From: Lingula anatina
Taxonomy: Eukaryota > Animalia > Brachiopoda
Direction of reading: 5' to 3'
Length of the DNA stretch: 64,000 bases
NCBI GenBank assembly: GCA_051362555.1
Contig: CM120640.1
Span: forward strand, 36,351,967-36,415,966
Part shown: positions 24,155-39,700 of the stretch, piece by piece
Layout: every line of letters begins with the position of its first letter
Position numbering within the stretch: position 1 is the first letter of the stretch
Notes under the pieces: model-generated
Database searches by the model: none
The model's input: only the letters and a program-made list of their open reading frames with translations
Told to the model about the DNA's origin: nothing
Translations under genes and position numbers: made by a program

Positions 24155-27100
24155 ACTAGAGGATCAGAGAGGCGATACCGCCTCCGAATATTGTACCACC
24201 AGCTGGAGCAAGCGCATTCGTATAGACCCCACATACACAAAATAAGGGACACAGCCCCCAGTCTTGTGCTTGACAAGCTGTAAACATGCAATCAACAAGA
24301 ATTTTCAATATATGCAAAAAATATATGAAACTAAAAATGGTACAATCAAATTTAAGTTCATTGTAAGGTAGGTGAAAGCTCATTTTCAAGGTCACAGTAA
24401 ATTGCCAGTATATGACTTCCTACTCAAGTTCAATAGTAACTATGGACCTATCTCTGCCAGGTTTGGAGTTAAAAGAGAAAGAAATTAGCAGAGTTCAGTT
24501 CATGATAATCAGTAGATCAAAGGTCAATTTCAAGGTCACACTTAGATTGCCAGTATATGACTTCCTATTCAATTTCAATAGTAACTATGGACCTATCTCG
24601 CTAGTTTTGGAGATAAAAGGGAAGCAAAATTTGCAAAGTTCAGTTCATGGTGAAAAGTAGGTCAAAGGTCAATTTCAAGGTCACACTTAGATTGCCAGTA
24701 TATGACTTCCTATTCAAGTTCAATAATAACTATGGACCCATCTCTGCCAGTTTTAGAGATAAAAGGGAAGCAAAATTTGCAAAATTCAGTTCATGGTGAA
24801 AAGTAAGTCAAAGGTCAATTTCAAGGTCACAGTAAGATTGCCAGTATTTGACTTCCTATTCAAGTTCAATAGTAACTATGGACCTATCTCTGCCAGTTTT
24901 GGAGATAAAAGGGAAGCAAAATTTGCAAAGTTCAGTTCATGGTGAAAAATAGGTCAAATGTCAATTTCAAGGTCACAGTAAGATTGCCAGCATATGACTT
25001 TCTATTCAAGTTCAATAGTAACTATGGACCTATCTCTGCCAGTTTTGCAGATAAAAGGGACTAAATGTTATAATTTTGGAGTTACCATAATGTGCCATAA
25101 ATTTCCTACAGAAAAAAATTAATTAAAATAAAGAAAAGGTCATTTTGGTCAAAATATTTGGAATGGGAGATGCTCTGAAGTTCCAGGTGTTCAAATTTCA
25201 TGAAATAATGTCATTTTTGACCACAAGTTGTCTGCTTTGCCAAGCCTAATGAATTATTTTTCCGGAGTTCAAAATTTATTATCCATTACCGTACTGCACA
25301 TTTTGCTTTCACCACCAATATGTATTTTTTGATACAGCGTAACTTTAGAGATAAAAGGGAAGCAAAATTTGCAAAGTTCAGTTCATAGTGAAAAGTAGGT
25401 CAAAGGTCAATTTTAAGGTCACATTAAGATTGCCAGTATATGACTTCCTATTCAAGTTCAATAGTAACTTTGGACCTATCTCTGCCAGTTTTGGAGATAA
25501 AAGGGAAGCAAAATTTGCAAAGTCCAGTTCATGGTGAAAAGTAGGTCAAAGGTCAATTTTAAGGTCACATTTAGATTGCCAGTATATGACTTCCCATTCA
25601 AGTTCAATAGTAACTATGGACCTATCTCTGCCAGTTTTGGAGATAAAAGGGAAGCAAAATTTGCAAAGTTCAGTTCATGGTGAAAAGTAGGTCAAAGGTC
25701 AATTTTACGGTCACATTTAGATTGCCAGTATATGACTTCCTATTCAAGTTCAATAGTAACCATGGACCTATCTCTGCCCGTTTTGGGGATAAAAGGGAAG
25801 CAAAATTTGCAAAGTTCAGTTCATGGTGAAAAGTAGGTCAAAGGTCAATTTTAAGGTCACATTTAGATTGCCAGTATATGACTTCCCATTCAAGTTCAAT
25901 AGAAACTATGGACCTATCTCTGCCAGTTTTGGAGATAAAAGGGAAGCAAAATTTGCAAAGTTCAGTTCATGGTGAAAAGTAAGTCAAAGGTCAATTTCAA
26001 GGTCACAGTAAGATTGCCAGTATTTGACTTCCTATTCAAGTTCAATAGTAACTATGGACCTATCTCTGCCAGTTTTGGAGATAAAAGGGAAGCAAAATTT
26101 GCAAAGTTCAGTTCATGGTGAAAAATAGGTCAAATGTCAATTTCAAGGTCACAGTAAGATTGCCAGCATATGACTTTCTATTCAAGTTCAATAGTAACTA
26201 TGGACCTATCTCTGCCAGTTTTGCAGATAAAAGGGACTAAATGTTATAATTTTGGAGTTACCATAATGTGCCATAAATTTCCTACAGAAAAAAATTAATT
26301 AAAATAAAGAAAAGGTCATTTTGGTCAAAATATTTGGAATGGGAGATGCTCTGAAGTTCCAGGTGTTCAAATTTCATGAAATAATGTCATTTTTGACCAC
26401 AAGTTGTCTGCTTTGCCAAGCCTAATGAATTATTTTTCCGGAGTTCAAAATTTATTATCCATTACCGTACTGCACATTTTGCTTTCACCACCAATATGTA
26501 TTTTTTGATACAGCGTAACTTTAGAGATAAAAGGGAAGCAAAATTTGCAAAGTTCAGTTCATAGTGAAAAGTAGGTCAAAGGTCAATTTTAAGGTCACAT
26601 TAAGATTGCCAGTATATGACTTCCTATTCAAGTTCAATAGTAACTTTGGACCTATCTCTGCCAGTTTTGGAGATAAAAGGGAAGCAAAATTTGCAAAGTC
26701 CAGTTCATGGTGAAAAGTAGGTCAAAGGTCAATTTTAAGGTCACATTTAGATTGCCAGTATATGACTTCCCATTCAAGTTCAATAGTAACTATGGACCTA
26801 TCTCTGCCAGTTTTGGAGATAAAAGGGAAGCAAAATTTGCAAAGTTCAGTTCATGGTGAAAAGTAGGTCAAAGGTCAATTTTACGGTCACATTTAGATTG
26901 CCAGTATATGACTTCCTATTCAAGTTCAATAGTAACCATGGACCTATCTCTGCCCGTTTTGGGGATAAAAGGGAAGCAAAATTTGCAAAGTTCAGTTCAT
27001 GGTGAAAAGTAGGTCAAAGGTCAATTTTAAGGTCACATTTAGATTGCCAGTATATGACTTCCCATTCAAGTTCAATAGAAACTATGGACCTATCTCTGCC

Positions 27101-28570
27101 AGTTTTGGAGATAAAAGGGAAGCAAAATTTGCAAAGTTCAGTTCATGGTGAAAAGTAGGTCAAAGGTCAATTTTAAGGTCACATTTAGATTGCCAGTATA
27201 TGACTTCCCATTCAACTTCAATAGTAACTATGGACTTATCTCTGCCAGTTTTGGAGATAAAAGGGAAGCAAAATTTGCAAAGTTCAGTTCATGGTGAAAA
27301 GTAGGTCAAAGGTCAATTTCAAGGTCACATTTGGATTGCCAGTATATGACTTCCTATTCAAGTTCAATAGTAACTATGGACCTATCTCTGCCAGTTTTGG
27401 AGATAAAAGGGAAGCAAAATTTGCAAAGTTCAGTTCATGGTGAAAAGTAGGTCAAAGGTCAATTTCAAGGTCACAGTAAGATTGCCACTATATGACTTCC
27501 TATTCAACTTCAATAGTAACTATGGACCTATCTCTGCCAGTTTTGGAGATATAAGGGACTAATTGTTATAATTTTGGAGTTACCATAATGTGCCATAAAT
27601 TTCCTACAGAAAAAAATTAATTAAAATAAAGAAAACATCACTTTGGTCAAAATTCTTAAAATAAGAGGTGCTCTGAAGTTCCAGAAGTTCAAATTTGATT
27701 AAATAATGTCATTTTTGACCACAAGTTGTCTGCTTTGCCAAGCCTTTTGTATTATTTTTCCAGAGTTCAAAATTTATTATCCATTACCGTACTGCACATT
27801 TTGCTTTCACCACCAATATGTACTTTTTTATACAGCGTAACTTGAAAACCGTATGGAATACAAAAAAACGGAGACCACCTCCAGTGTTGGGCTTTACATG
27901 CTCTACAAAATGCAAAAAAGAATGGGTCTCTAGCATTAACGGTTCCCAAATTAGAGACAGTTTTCAGTTTAGGTACTTTATGGCCGCTACTCCCGTGAAA
28001 ATGCACCGATTGACCCCAAATTCACGGAGATGAAAGATGACCCGAAGGGTAACACTTTCCAATAATATCATTGGTAAAGTCTATGTGGTGTCTGAATAAC
28101 AGGGCAAAAAAATTTTTTTTCGTAAAAAATTTCATTTTTTTGAAAATTTTGGCCTGTTTGACCTTGAAATAAAGGTCAAAGGTCAATTCCAAGGGCATAT
28201 TTGAAATCTACACATATGACTTTTGGAAAGCTGTCTGTAGAAATTTTTCCCATAACTCCTTCCGTAGGGTAGATAATTAGCATTTAATTTTGCCATTTTT
28301 AGACAAGGGTGCATTGCAATGAGTGCCACACCTAGACCCCAATACCGACAAAGCCCAAATTTTACGTGGAACGAGTTGAGATTATAGGTGACCTAAATCC
28401 AAGAGATGGGTACAGGGGCCCTTACCGTCTAGGAGGAGAAGCGGTAACGGTGACTTGGCGGCGGAGCCGCAGGAGCCGGCGGAGCCGGCTGAGCCGCAGG
28501 AGCCGGCGGAACATACGGGTCGGGACTAAAACCATGGGTACCGCCAGCGCCTACGCTGGTGGTACAATAA
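24155..28570 (+). mobile_element. Non-autonomous Helitron/Helentron-like element carrying a satellite array
   Basis: 5' aactagag start; tgaccttga/aaggtcaaaggtca motifs; GC-rich 9-bp repeat at ~28457-28512; 3' hairpin gtaccgccagcg-ccta-cgctggtggtac followed by aataa. Superfamily is inferred from architecture. Confidence 0.55.
24386..27560 (+). repeat. Tandem array of ~18 copies of a 146-bp monomer, broken by two ~290-bp spacers
   Basis: aaggtcac recurs at 25561, 25707 (variant acggtcac) and 25853 (146-bp period); spacers at ~25060-25345 and ~26236-26521. Confidence 0.97.
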
Positions 28571-31223
28571 ATGGGCTTGCTCTCATATTCAGATGCTTTT
28601 AATGTGCAGATTAAGTCATTGGGCTACATCCAAAGCTGTGATAGTTACTAAAGACCTGTTCATGGTTTAGCAAAAAGATTAAATGTTACATGATTCAATT
28701 GAAATCTCACCCAAAAAACACTGGAGACGGCCTTAGGGATGTTGGACATGTTCCTTCACAAAAACGGTCCAATTTACCAATGCCTAGGTGGCAGGTTTCT
28801 GCATTTTTGGTGTCAGACAGACCTTTTTCACTTTTATGCTCAAATGATATTGAACAACTCATACCCTTAAATGTTGCTTGTGTTATGCACATTCCCCCTT
28901 CAGGCACTCAACCTCAATTATGACCCTGTCTTGTGTTTGTATACTGCAATTTCAAATCTTCCTGGGAGAAAAAAGTCTCACTTTATGACAAGAAAGTTTG
29001 GATGTTTTTTTTTTACGAAAGAAATACTATTTTTATATAATTGGCATAGAATATAGTGTTATATTGGGGGATTTATGTGATAAAACTAAATACCGACTTT
29101 CCTGACATAATCAAAAGCCGCATTATCTACCTGTGACGTCCCTGCCCCATTGTTGCATGATGTTGCAAGCACCCACTTAAGTGGATACCACTTTATTGAG
29201 GTCAGCAAAACAACATTCTGACCTCAGCCACAGTTGATAATTGTATAATATCACATGCAGATAACAATCAGGCAAGGCAGCAAACAATAGCTCAAACATT
29301 CATTTATTCTATAAGTATTATTTCTTTTTAAGTAAATACATGGATAGATAAAACATTCACACTTATGTGTTGCACTTTTGGAACCTCTAAAAGCTACACA
29401 ATGATGTGGTCAATAAAAATCCATTTACAAATAACTAATATTGAGAAGTAAACAAATGCTAAAGATCATTAATCCAAATTTGTTCATTTCAATTGTTCTG
29501 TAAAAAATATATAGAGGATATGTGGCCCATTTTCACAAAATTTAATTAGCCTCCAAGTTTCAGTCAATGTGCAGTAAATTATTTAATCTTAAAATACAAT
29601 CCATACCAATATAATGTATAACTGAGAAGGTACATAAAAAATGACAACACCAGGAAGTTCCAAAACACTACCTGATAAGATCTAGGTACTTCCACCAGAG
29701 AGTTCTTGGATAGCATACTTATATATACTACAGTAATAATCAAATAACTTATTATTTGATTAAATTTTTATATTATTTGATTTGCATGTACAACAGTCTA
29801 GATAGACCACATACAATGTTAACACAGTTGATGACACTTTCAGCCTATCCTGTACAAATGTGTGTCAAAGGCAGTCTATTTAATGATGAAACCAAAACAT
29901 GCAGCCCACAACATATATTACATTACAAGAGAAAATTTCAAGGCAAAGTCTATTACCCATAGTTTTTTTCTACTGAACTTCCATTTTCACACCCACAAAC
30001 TGCCCTGACAACACTATTTGTAATTATATGATGCTGAAATGATTTTCCACAGGACATGTAAAAATATTTTTATCTTGGTTTAAAAACGAATTACCACGGA
30101 CCCCTTGCTTATGATAATTCTTTGTCAAATGACAAATTGAAAGACTACAGCAACAGCATTTTCCTGGAGGGGTAAATATTAATGTCAATTCTAAATACTC
30201 TTAGTGACAATTTTGTAAAAGCTTTAAAACTGGAATGGAATGTTTCTATTACCCCCTTTTTCTCAAACCTATGCAATGCCAGTTGGTTTTGCCCTGTCAT
30301 AATTTTCTTGGTTTGTAGCTGCATGTAAGCAAAAAACAAAGCCTCTAGAACAAGCATTACAAGTGACTCTGTAAATGTATCAAGACCATTGCAAATCAGA
30401 CCCATGTCGATGACCAAATAAATTTTCAAAATGCCATATGCAAGTTATTAGTAAGATGTTCCTTTCTAGCAAGCTTGTCTTTCCTTTTTCAGTTTGCCTC
30501 TTGCATAATAATAATTATAATATTATAAATATAATATTTACATGAAGGGAGGTACAACAGACTCTTAAATAGTTATATAGATCCTTATCATCACCATGGA
30601 CAGATGTCATAATCATTCTAAACATTTCAAATTCTACAGAAAATATTTACATAAGCTTCTGCTTACTTCCCAGGAGCCCTAATCAGTCTGATGAAAAATG
30701 ATAACTGTTTATAGTATAGTGGTGTATGACAACTGAAATCTACCCATGCCCACATTTTTATGGGTTTCAGGATGAAGACTGCTCCTTTTACAACATTTCC
30801 CTAACTCCACCTTCATAGCTTAAAAATTAGGTGTAGAAAATGAAAAATTTTGATTGATTTATTATATTTAAAAGTTTCATAGTGTAGGATTTTTGGTTCA
30901 TCATGAAGTGTTAAATGTTTTTTTACATTAATTCATTGCATTTATCTGCTAAATATGACCAAAGAGTATAACATGTCCTCTGATAAGTTCAACAAGTAAT
31001 TTATGTATTTCAGGTGTGTTTCAAATCCTACACTTTGTCACTTAAAAACAACACAAAGGTCTGCTTCATAAAAGTGATAATTTTATAAATCCTTTATATC
31101 ATATGGCATATGCAACTGACAGGTGATGAGTAGCACAGAGGGGTTTTGTTTAGATCATATACAAGAAGGCTACAAGGATTTCCATTTTCCTTTTGGTATT
31201 TGGCTGTCTGTAGGTCTTGTTGT

Positions 31224-33388
<2,165 letters not shown>

Positions 33389-34363
33389 GCTTCTGTTTTA
33401 ACTTGCCCTTTTATCTGAAATAAAAAAACATGGAATTTACTTTTAAATATAAAAACCAGGGTTTCAATTAGATTATGAACTCAAGATTTTTTGAACTCCA
33501 AGTACAATATAAGACCATCTGAGCTTGTGTGTTAGAATGGGATTAAAATTCAACTTATCTAGTCTAAAGGCCATGGGAATAGTACAAACAGAAACCCTGA
33601 AAACAAATGCTAATCTTTGTTTAAAAAAGACGCCAAACTTTGATATGATCACTTAAAAATTTGTTTATAAATGAGTCTTACAAATCCTGTTTATTCTGTA
33701 AACAAACATCCAACTTTCTACAGCTGACTTTCTTTGAGATCAATATTATTTTTTTTTTTAATGATTCTTATCTTTGCATTGTTTCCTTCCATGTGCTGCA
33801 ATATTTACATGCCATAACTACTAACATCCTTATCAAACGAGTCAACAAAACATGTCTATGTAATACCTGTACACTGTGACCGTGTTGCCCACACAGGATG
33901 CTTTGACACAATGCATTCTCTTCAATATCAATTAGATTGGACAAAATATACCCGTTTTAAGCCTGGGGATTTTAGACTACCCTTCCAACAGTTGTTTGGA
34001 AATAATTGTCAAAACTTGGCACAACTCCTTCCATATATAATTCTGATTGTAACAGTGATCTAAAGATTATCCTGCTGAATCTAGACACTGCCTGACCTGC
34101 AGTTAAATGTGGACCAATTAACTGAGACCTAGTATATATTAAATAGATTGAATAGACCTTAAAATTAACATGATAACCAAAAAGTTTTGCAAAATCCATG
34201 TATATATCACTTTTTTAGGGAATTGATAGCTTTTACCAAGAATGTGTCCATTTTAGCTAACTTTTTCAGGTGTGTTAACTGTATGGTTCAGGCATGCAAA
34301 TGTAGAGGGGGGGGAACAAACTAGAAGAGATAGTAGGTACAGCAAGTGATGTGATTGGAGCAG

Positions 34364-34509
34364 GGCTCCGTATCTTGAAAGGTTCGCTATGTTGCGCACG
34401 TGCGTTAGTGTCTTGATTCCATAACCGATTCTATTTTGAGATACGGGGCCATGGAATCGAGACACTTGCGCACGTGCGCAACATAGCGAACCTTTCAAGA
34501 TACGGAGAC
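34364..34509. mobile_element. Fold-back MITE, Harbinger-like
   Basis: ~58-bp near-perfect arms ggctccgtatcttgaaaggttcgctatgttgcgcacgtgcg / cgcacgtgcgcaacatagcgaacctttcaagatacggagac; CAG TSD on both sides. Confidence 0.85.
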
Positions 34510-35715
34510 CAGATCTTGACCCTTTTGAACCCATTTATCTTAAGAGTGAAGTGAATAAAACAGACTCCATCATGTGTGATTATTTCCGTCCTGCTGACTT
34601 TTTTTATTTTTTACCTAGCAACTCCAAACTACTAGTTTTTAAGGGTAGTAAACATTTTTTATGTAGCTTATATCCTTGAGCTGTATCCCTCTCAATGTCT
34701 TAGACTTTTTTCCATATAACTTTTATTTTTTAATACAACCACATTTTTACAGAGCATTTGATTCCCAACAGTGAGAGTGTGCGTGCGTGCATGCATGTGT
34801 GTGTGTGTGTGTGTGTGCATATACATTAGGATAAATAAACTTTTAGCTTATCTAATCTTATATCTGATAGCACTATAGTAGTTGTTCTGACTGACTTCTC
34901 TACAACAAATGTTTATTCAAGATATTTTCCTATGGCCTCACTGATAAGAATGCCCGTTATGGACTTTTCAATGTATATCAAATGACTACAATGATCATAT
35001 TAAAATTGTCTTTTTTTAACAGCAAGTTATTGCCTGACTATTACAATATTGCCAACTTAAATCTTGTTACATCTGCCAATCAAATAAAAAAAATATATAT
35101 ATTTTTTTTAAGTGTTGCGCAATGGCAAAAGGGTGTTAACTATATCATTTAGTGGACAAAAATGAATGAAATATACAGTGTACATTAAATGTAAATATCT
35201 TCTTATTTTTTGTTTGCTTGCTTTGTTAATAGGCAAGGAACATATTAGGCCTGGGTGTTTTACATTCGTGTTGGCCATTTCATTAACTAAACATGATTCA
35301 AACAACATTAGCATTCTACCAAATGGTTCAGATTTTACAGGGTATATGCATATCCTGTATAACGTAATACACGTATATATACACAGATAACGTTACACAC
35401 AGATGCTAGGCTTTAAAGTACTCTTACAACGCAGAGTAATTCTAAAGTAGTCACTCTACGACAGATTTATAACGACGGCGAGTATATGGGTCACGCTGTG
35501 CTATACGTTCACTTAATTTACAAAATCGTTTTTTATTTAACCATCCCCACCCAGCCAGGTAAACATTCCTCAAGCAGGAATTAAGGTACCTCACGTCTTT
35601 ATCACTAATATCGCATAACTTTATACATTCTGTGGTCTTGTGAAGATTGACCAGAAGTGTGGTATATATTTTTAAATATGATCCTTACAGTGTTATTGAA
35701 AATTATAATACTTAC

Positions 35716-36096
35716 TTGTCTTATGAAAATTCGAAGTGCTCGATCACGTCTCGTCAACAAGATATTTGGTTCTTATCGAAGGTCTGACGTCAATACACGT
35801 TCACTATACAAAATAGTTCGTAAAAATATGTTTGTATTCATGACAGACCAATTTGAAATCAAACCAGTCTACAAGTTATTAGAATGCATACTTAGATACA
35901 TTTATACAGAATATGTGTTTCTGTAAATATATTAAATGAATATCAATACAGATATCAAATAGGGACTACTTTGACCTATTTATATCTTCCGCCGCGGTAG
36001 TCACATGAGACCATCATGGCGGAGTGACGTTTGACTGTTGTTGGATTTCCGCATTCATGCGCTACCGGTGTTTAAAGATTAAGCACAAATTCCACG
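35716..36096. promoter_or_regulatory. Putative bidirectional promoter with non-coding first exons of LITAF paralogue 2 (minus) and the syntaxin (plus)
   Basis: Divergent donors (minus caa|gtaagt at 35716/15; plus acg|gtaagg at 36096/97), local CpG enrichment, CRE TGACGTCA 35785-92, GTCACATGAG 36000-09. Both genes' first coding exons start with acceptors. Confidence 0.6.
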
Positions 36097-36205
36097 GTAA
36101 GGGCCTGTGTAGAAAAATCCAGTAAAGTGCACGATTCTTGTTTGTTTTCTTTTACTTACTTTCATTCGTTTTCATCGTGACCGGTGGATTGTTTTCTGAC
36201 AGTAT

Positions 36206-36239
36206 ATATGTCCAAGGAGTTATAACTCCTTGATATGTC
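36206..36239. mobile_element. P-like element excision footprint (fused TIR ends plus 7-bp TSD)
   Basis: atatgtc|caaggagttataactccttg|atatgtc; the 20-bp core equals both TIR ends of the 36793-40668 element. Confidence 0.85.
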
Positions 36240-36792
36240 CAAGTTCCTGTACAGTACCAGTATACTGACCAGAGAATCCACTTTCTCTCAATTCAACCAC
36301 TTCTTACGTACGAGCAGTTTTATAACGAGTGACGGTATGAGAGTAACGTTATGCATGGCATATTATTTTTTTTTTCAAAAGCTAATTAAGCAAACAGAGG
36401 AAAGCGGTCTTGGTAGAATAACAGTGAATGTTGATGCTGCAAATAATGGATTAGAATGGCCGGCTTAGAATGCTGAGTAGTTATTATAGTTATGTATATT
36501 GTACAACAACATTTGCAGTTAAAATGGTCTTGGTTGTTGGACTAAAATAAACTAATCATGGTCACTCGCCACTGAATAATGCATTGCACTTCAGTTTATA
36601 ATTTAACTCATTTTCCAGTCAACTTTAAGCTTGGAATCATGGTTACTGTTACTGCAATTTAATGCTACAAAGAGGAAGTTTTTTTTTTGTCATATGAGAA
36701 GAGTACCTTGTGTAAAAATCACCTTATAAACTACGAAAAGTTTATAAATAAATGTGAGTCAGTGTAACTTATATATTATAACTTAGGTTAAT

Positions 36793-39700
36793 CAAGGAGT
36801 TATAACAGAAGGAGATTACACGCAAGCCTTTCTATTGTCCGATGTCTGTTACGGTGGGCGGAGCTAGCTACGGGGGGCCTCCGGTCTCAAGGTTTCGTCT
36901 GCGTCGCTCTCCTCAGCTTGGAGATAAATTTCATATGCGTTATTTCGCGTTAGAATTCGAGATCAGTAATGTCAAAGCGCCGCTGTATGCTGACGATTTT
37001 TTTCACAGGTAATTATTTGGACGATGTGCTGGAAGGGAACGATATCATAGAAAGCGATTATAAGGTGGTGACTGAGGATGGTCGCCATGAGCTTTTTTTA
37101 GTCGGTGATAGATGGCTTTTTTATGGCACAACCCGGTGAAAAATCACCAAGGAGAAGTCAAAAGAAAACGTCCCAACTGTGGTTTGTGAAAATGACATTC
37201 AAGTGAACGTCTGTCCTCACTGCCAAAGGACATAATATTAATACATTAACGTTTGGAACCTCCTGCCCTTGGGTCCCATAAACATATACATTGTGACAGT
37301 GCCTACGCTTTGTGTCTGGTTTTAAATTTCTTAAAGTATTTTTTCTCTCACTCGGTATAATTCTAATATTATAATGCATTTAATTAAAATTTTAATCCAA
37401 GGTTGAGGCAATGCCACGACACGTCAGTTTACTGAATACTCGTTATAAATTTCTTTATCTTGGAAATTTCCCTTTTTTTCAGGATTATTTGACACGTACA
37501 AAATCTGTTCATATTTGTCGGTAAACAAGTGCACAGTGCTATACATAAAGAATAATTTTTATTCATTCATAAATATATTTATGTACAAAATATATCAGAA
37601 ATTTTAGTATTCACTGAGCTCTTTAAAGTGAAACAAATAAAGATGAGAATATTGAATTTCAAACTATTATTTACTATATTAACTTAAAATATCTTTTAAG
37701 TCAACTCTATACTCAAGCACTCTATACTCTATACTCATGAAAGTAGCATCTGTGAGTAAAACCATTTTATTATATCAATAGAAGAACAAAAACAAAAATT
37801 TTACACATAAGCAGTAATAAATGAAGTCATAAGAATGATTAAGTTGCTACAGTTTTCCAGTTTTATGCAGTCTATGATGGCATTTTTTTCAACCGTGCAA
37901 GTAGAAATAATTATATTCTTTTTTATCTGACTTGCTGATACCAGTCTGTGCCAGATACTATTCCACTTACAGGCCAGCAAGGTCTGAGAATCTAATGGGC
38001 CGAATGAAAAAAAAATCCAAGAAGATAAAGTGGTTAATTCTTACAAATAGGATAAAACACATGGGATTTTCAAAAGGTTATTATAGATCAAGACAACACT
38101 TAGTAAGAACATTTATAAAATGTAACAGCTGAAAAAATTAACTGGTAAGTAAGTAAGTGACTGCTTTAAAGAAATTTCACTGAAACAGAAATTTCACTGG
38201 CAATCAGGTAGACTGTTATACCATGGCACTCAACAATTTATATATAGGTTTTGAATTTTTTTCCACGTAACAGTAACATAAAATTTATGTCCACTTTTGC
38301 AATGTATAGAGTCAGTTAGGTGACTGAAAATATTTTAAAATGTCATAAAGGAGCACTATTAATTTAATGCAATCTCTGTTGGCCAGTCTTATCCAGTTTC
38401 TTCTCCAAAAAGGACAACTCAAGTGAGAATTTCTTCAGGGCCTTTTCTTCTGCCTTGCTAATGCCATGCCACTCAGAAAAGAGAGAAACCTGTAGGTTAG
38501 AAAAAAAAACATAATAATAGCATTATGAACTACTAGTAGCCATGTAGACATTATGGAATTACGCAGTGAAGTTTAATATGTCTTGTTATGACTTGACTGA
38601 AATAATGTTCACCACATAAAAGATATTTTACAACTAAATTTATATAGAACATCAAGATTCATGATCACAAGCTAATAACCCCAAGAAATTGAAAGAAATT
38701 GTACTTATTACAAGAAATTATTTAAATCCGCCCTGGTTCCTACTCTTCTGACAGGACAAAAAGGGGATTTCAGAGAGGCTGGTTGCTAAAAGGAAAATGC
38801 CCAAGGTTGTTGTATTTTGAAAAAAAAATTAAAAAGGGTACTGTTGTTAGTGAATGTTTAATGCATCTTAGGCATTATGACAAAAGTAACTTACCCCAGA
38901 CACACTGACCTCCTTTTTTCATTGACATATTTTAATTTTTTCCAGCCTGACCATAATTCATATATTCAATGCAGCCTTCTCCCATATCTATAATAGAAAA
39001 AAAACTTGAGTAGTGTTAAGATATGCATGTCAAATTCATTATCAATTTTGAGAGAATTTCTGTTTCAACACTACAAGATGAAATATTTAATTTCAAGTAA
39101 TGAATAAACCTTAATAGAGTTCTATTCTATTGTAACCACCAAGGCAAAGCTTCTTTCTTAAAATGAACTGAAACATCCAAGCTTGCCACCTAACATGCCA
39201 AAGTAGTGAAGTATAATTTAAGTAGAGAAGCAAGTACCCCTTAATTATAGAGGTGTCTTACACAATAAGGTGTGTCTTACACACCTTGACTCAAAGAGAG
39301 ATGTGTAGTGAGATAACAGGTAAAGTAATTGGTGGAGCCTAGGTGAACTTAAAACCTTAAGACTTTAAATGAAGAAGCACCAGTATTCATGTGTGTTCTT
39401 TTTTCAAAGGTTTAATATGAATTAAAACATATATATGTAAAAAGAAGACTAAATAAGTTAAAAATAACTATACCAAAGACACTGTGAAGTCAAACTTCCT
39501 GTTAGACCGCCATGATGGAAAATGCTGGGTGGAGGCAAAATTTTCCAGTCAAAAAATCTGAGCACTTTACTTTAACAACAAAGTTACCACTCCAAAGCCA
39601 CCCACCATGGTGAGAAGAAAAATGATGACCAACTGTCATGAAAAGTCTTTTTAGATTTAAACATGAAAAAGGTAAAGGCCAAAATGGTACATTTACCCAT

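Noticed and set aside
24386-27560. CRISPR-like array
   Set aside because: Contiguous 146-bp monomers without unique spacers, no cas genes, eukaryotic context.
28366-28602. Arg/Ser-rich protamine-like ORF
   Set aside because: Translation of the 9-bp GC-rich repeat near the element's 3' end; GTG start.
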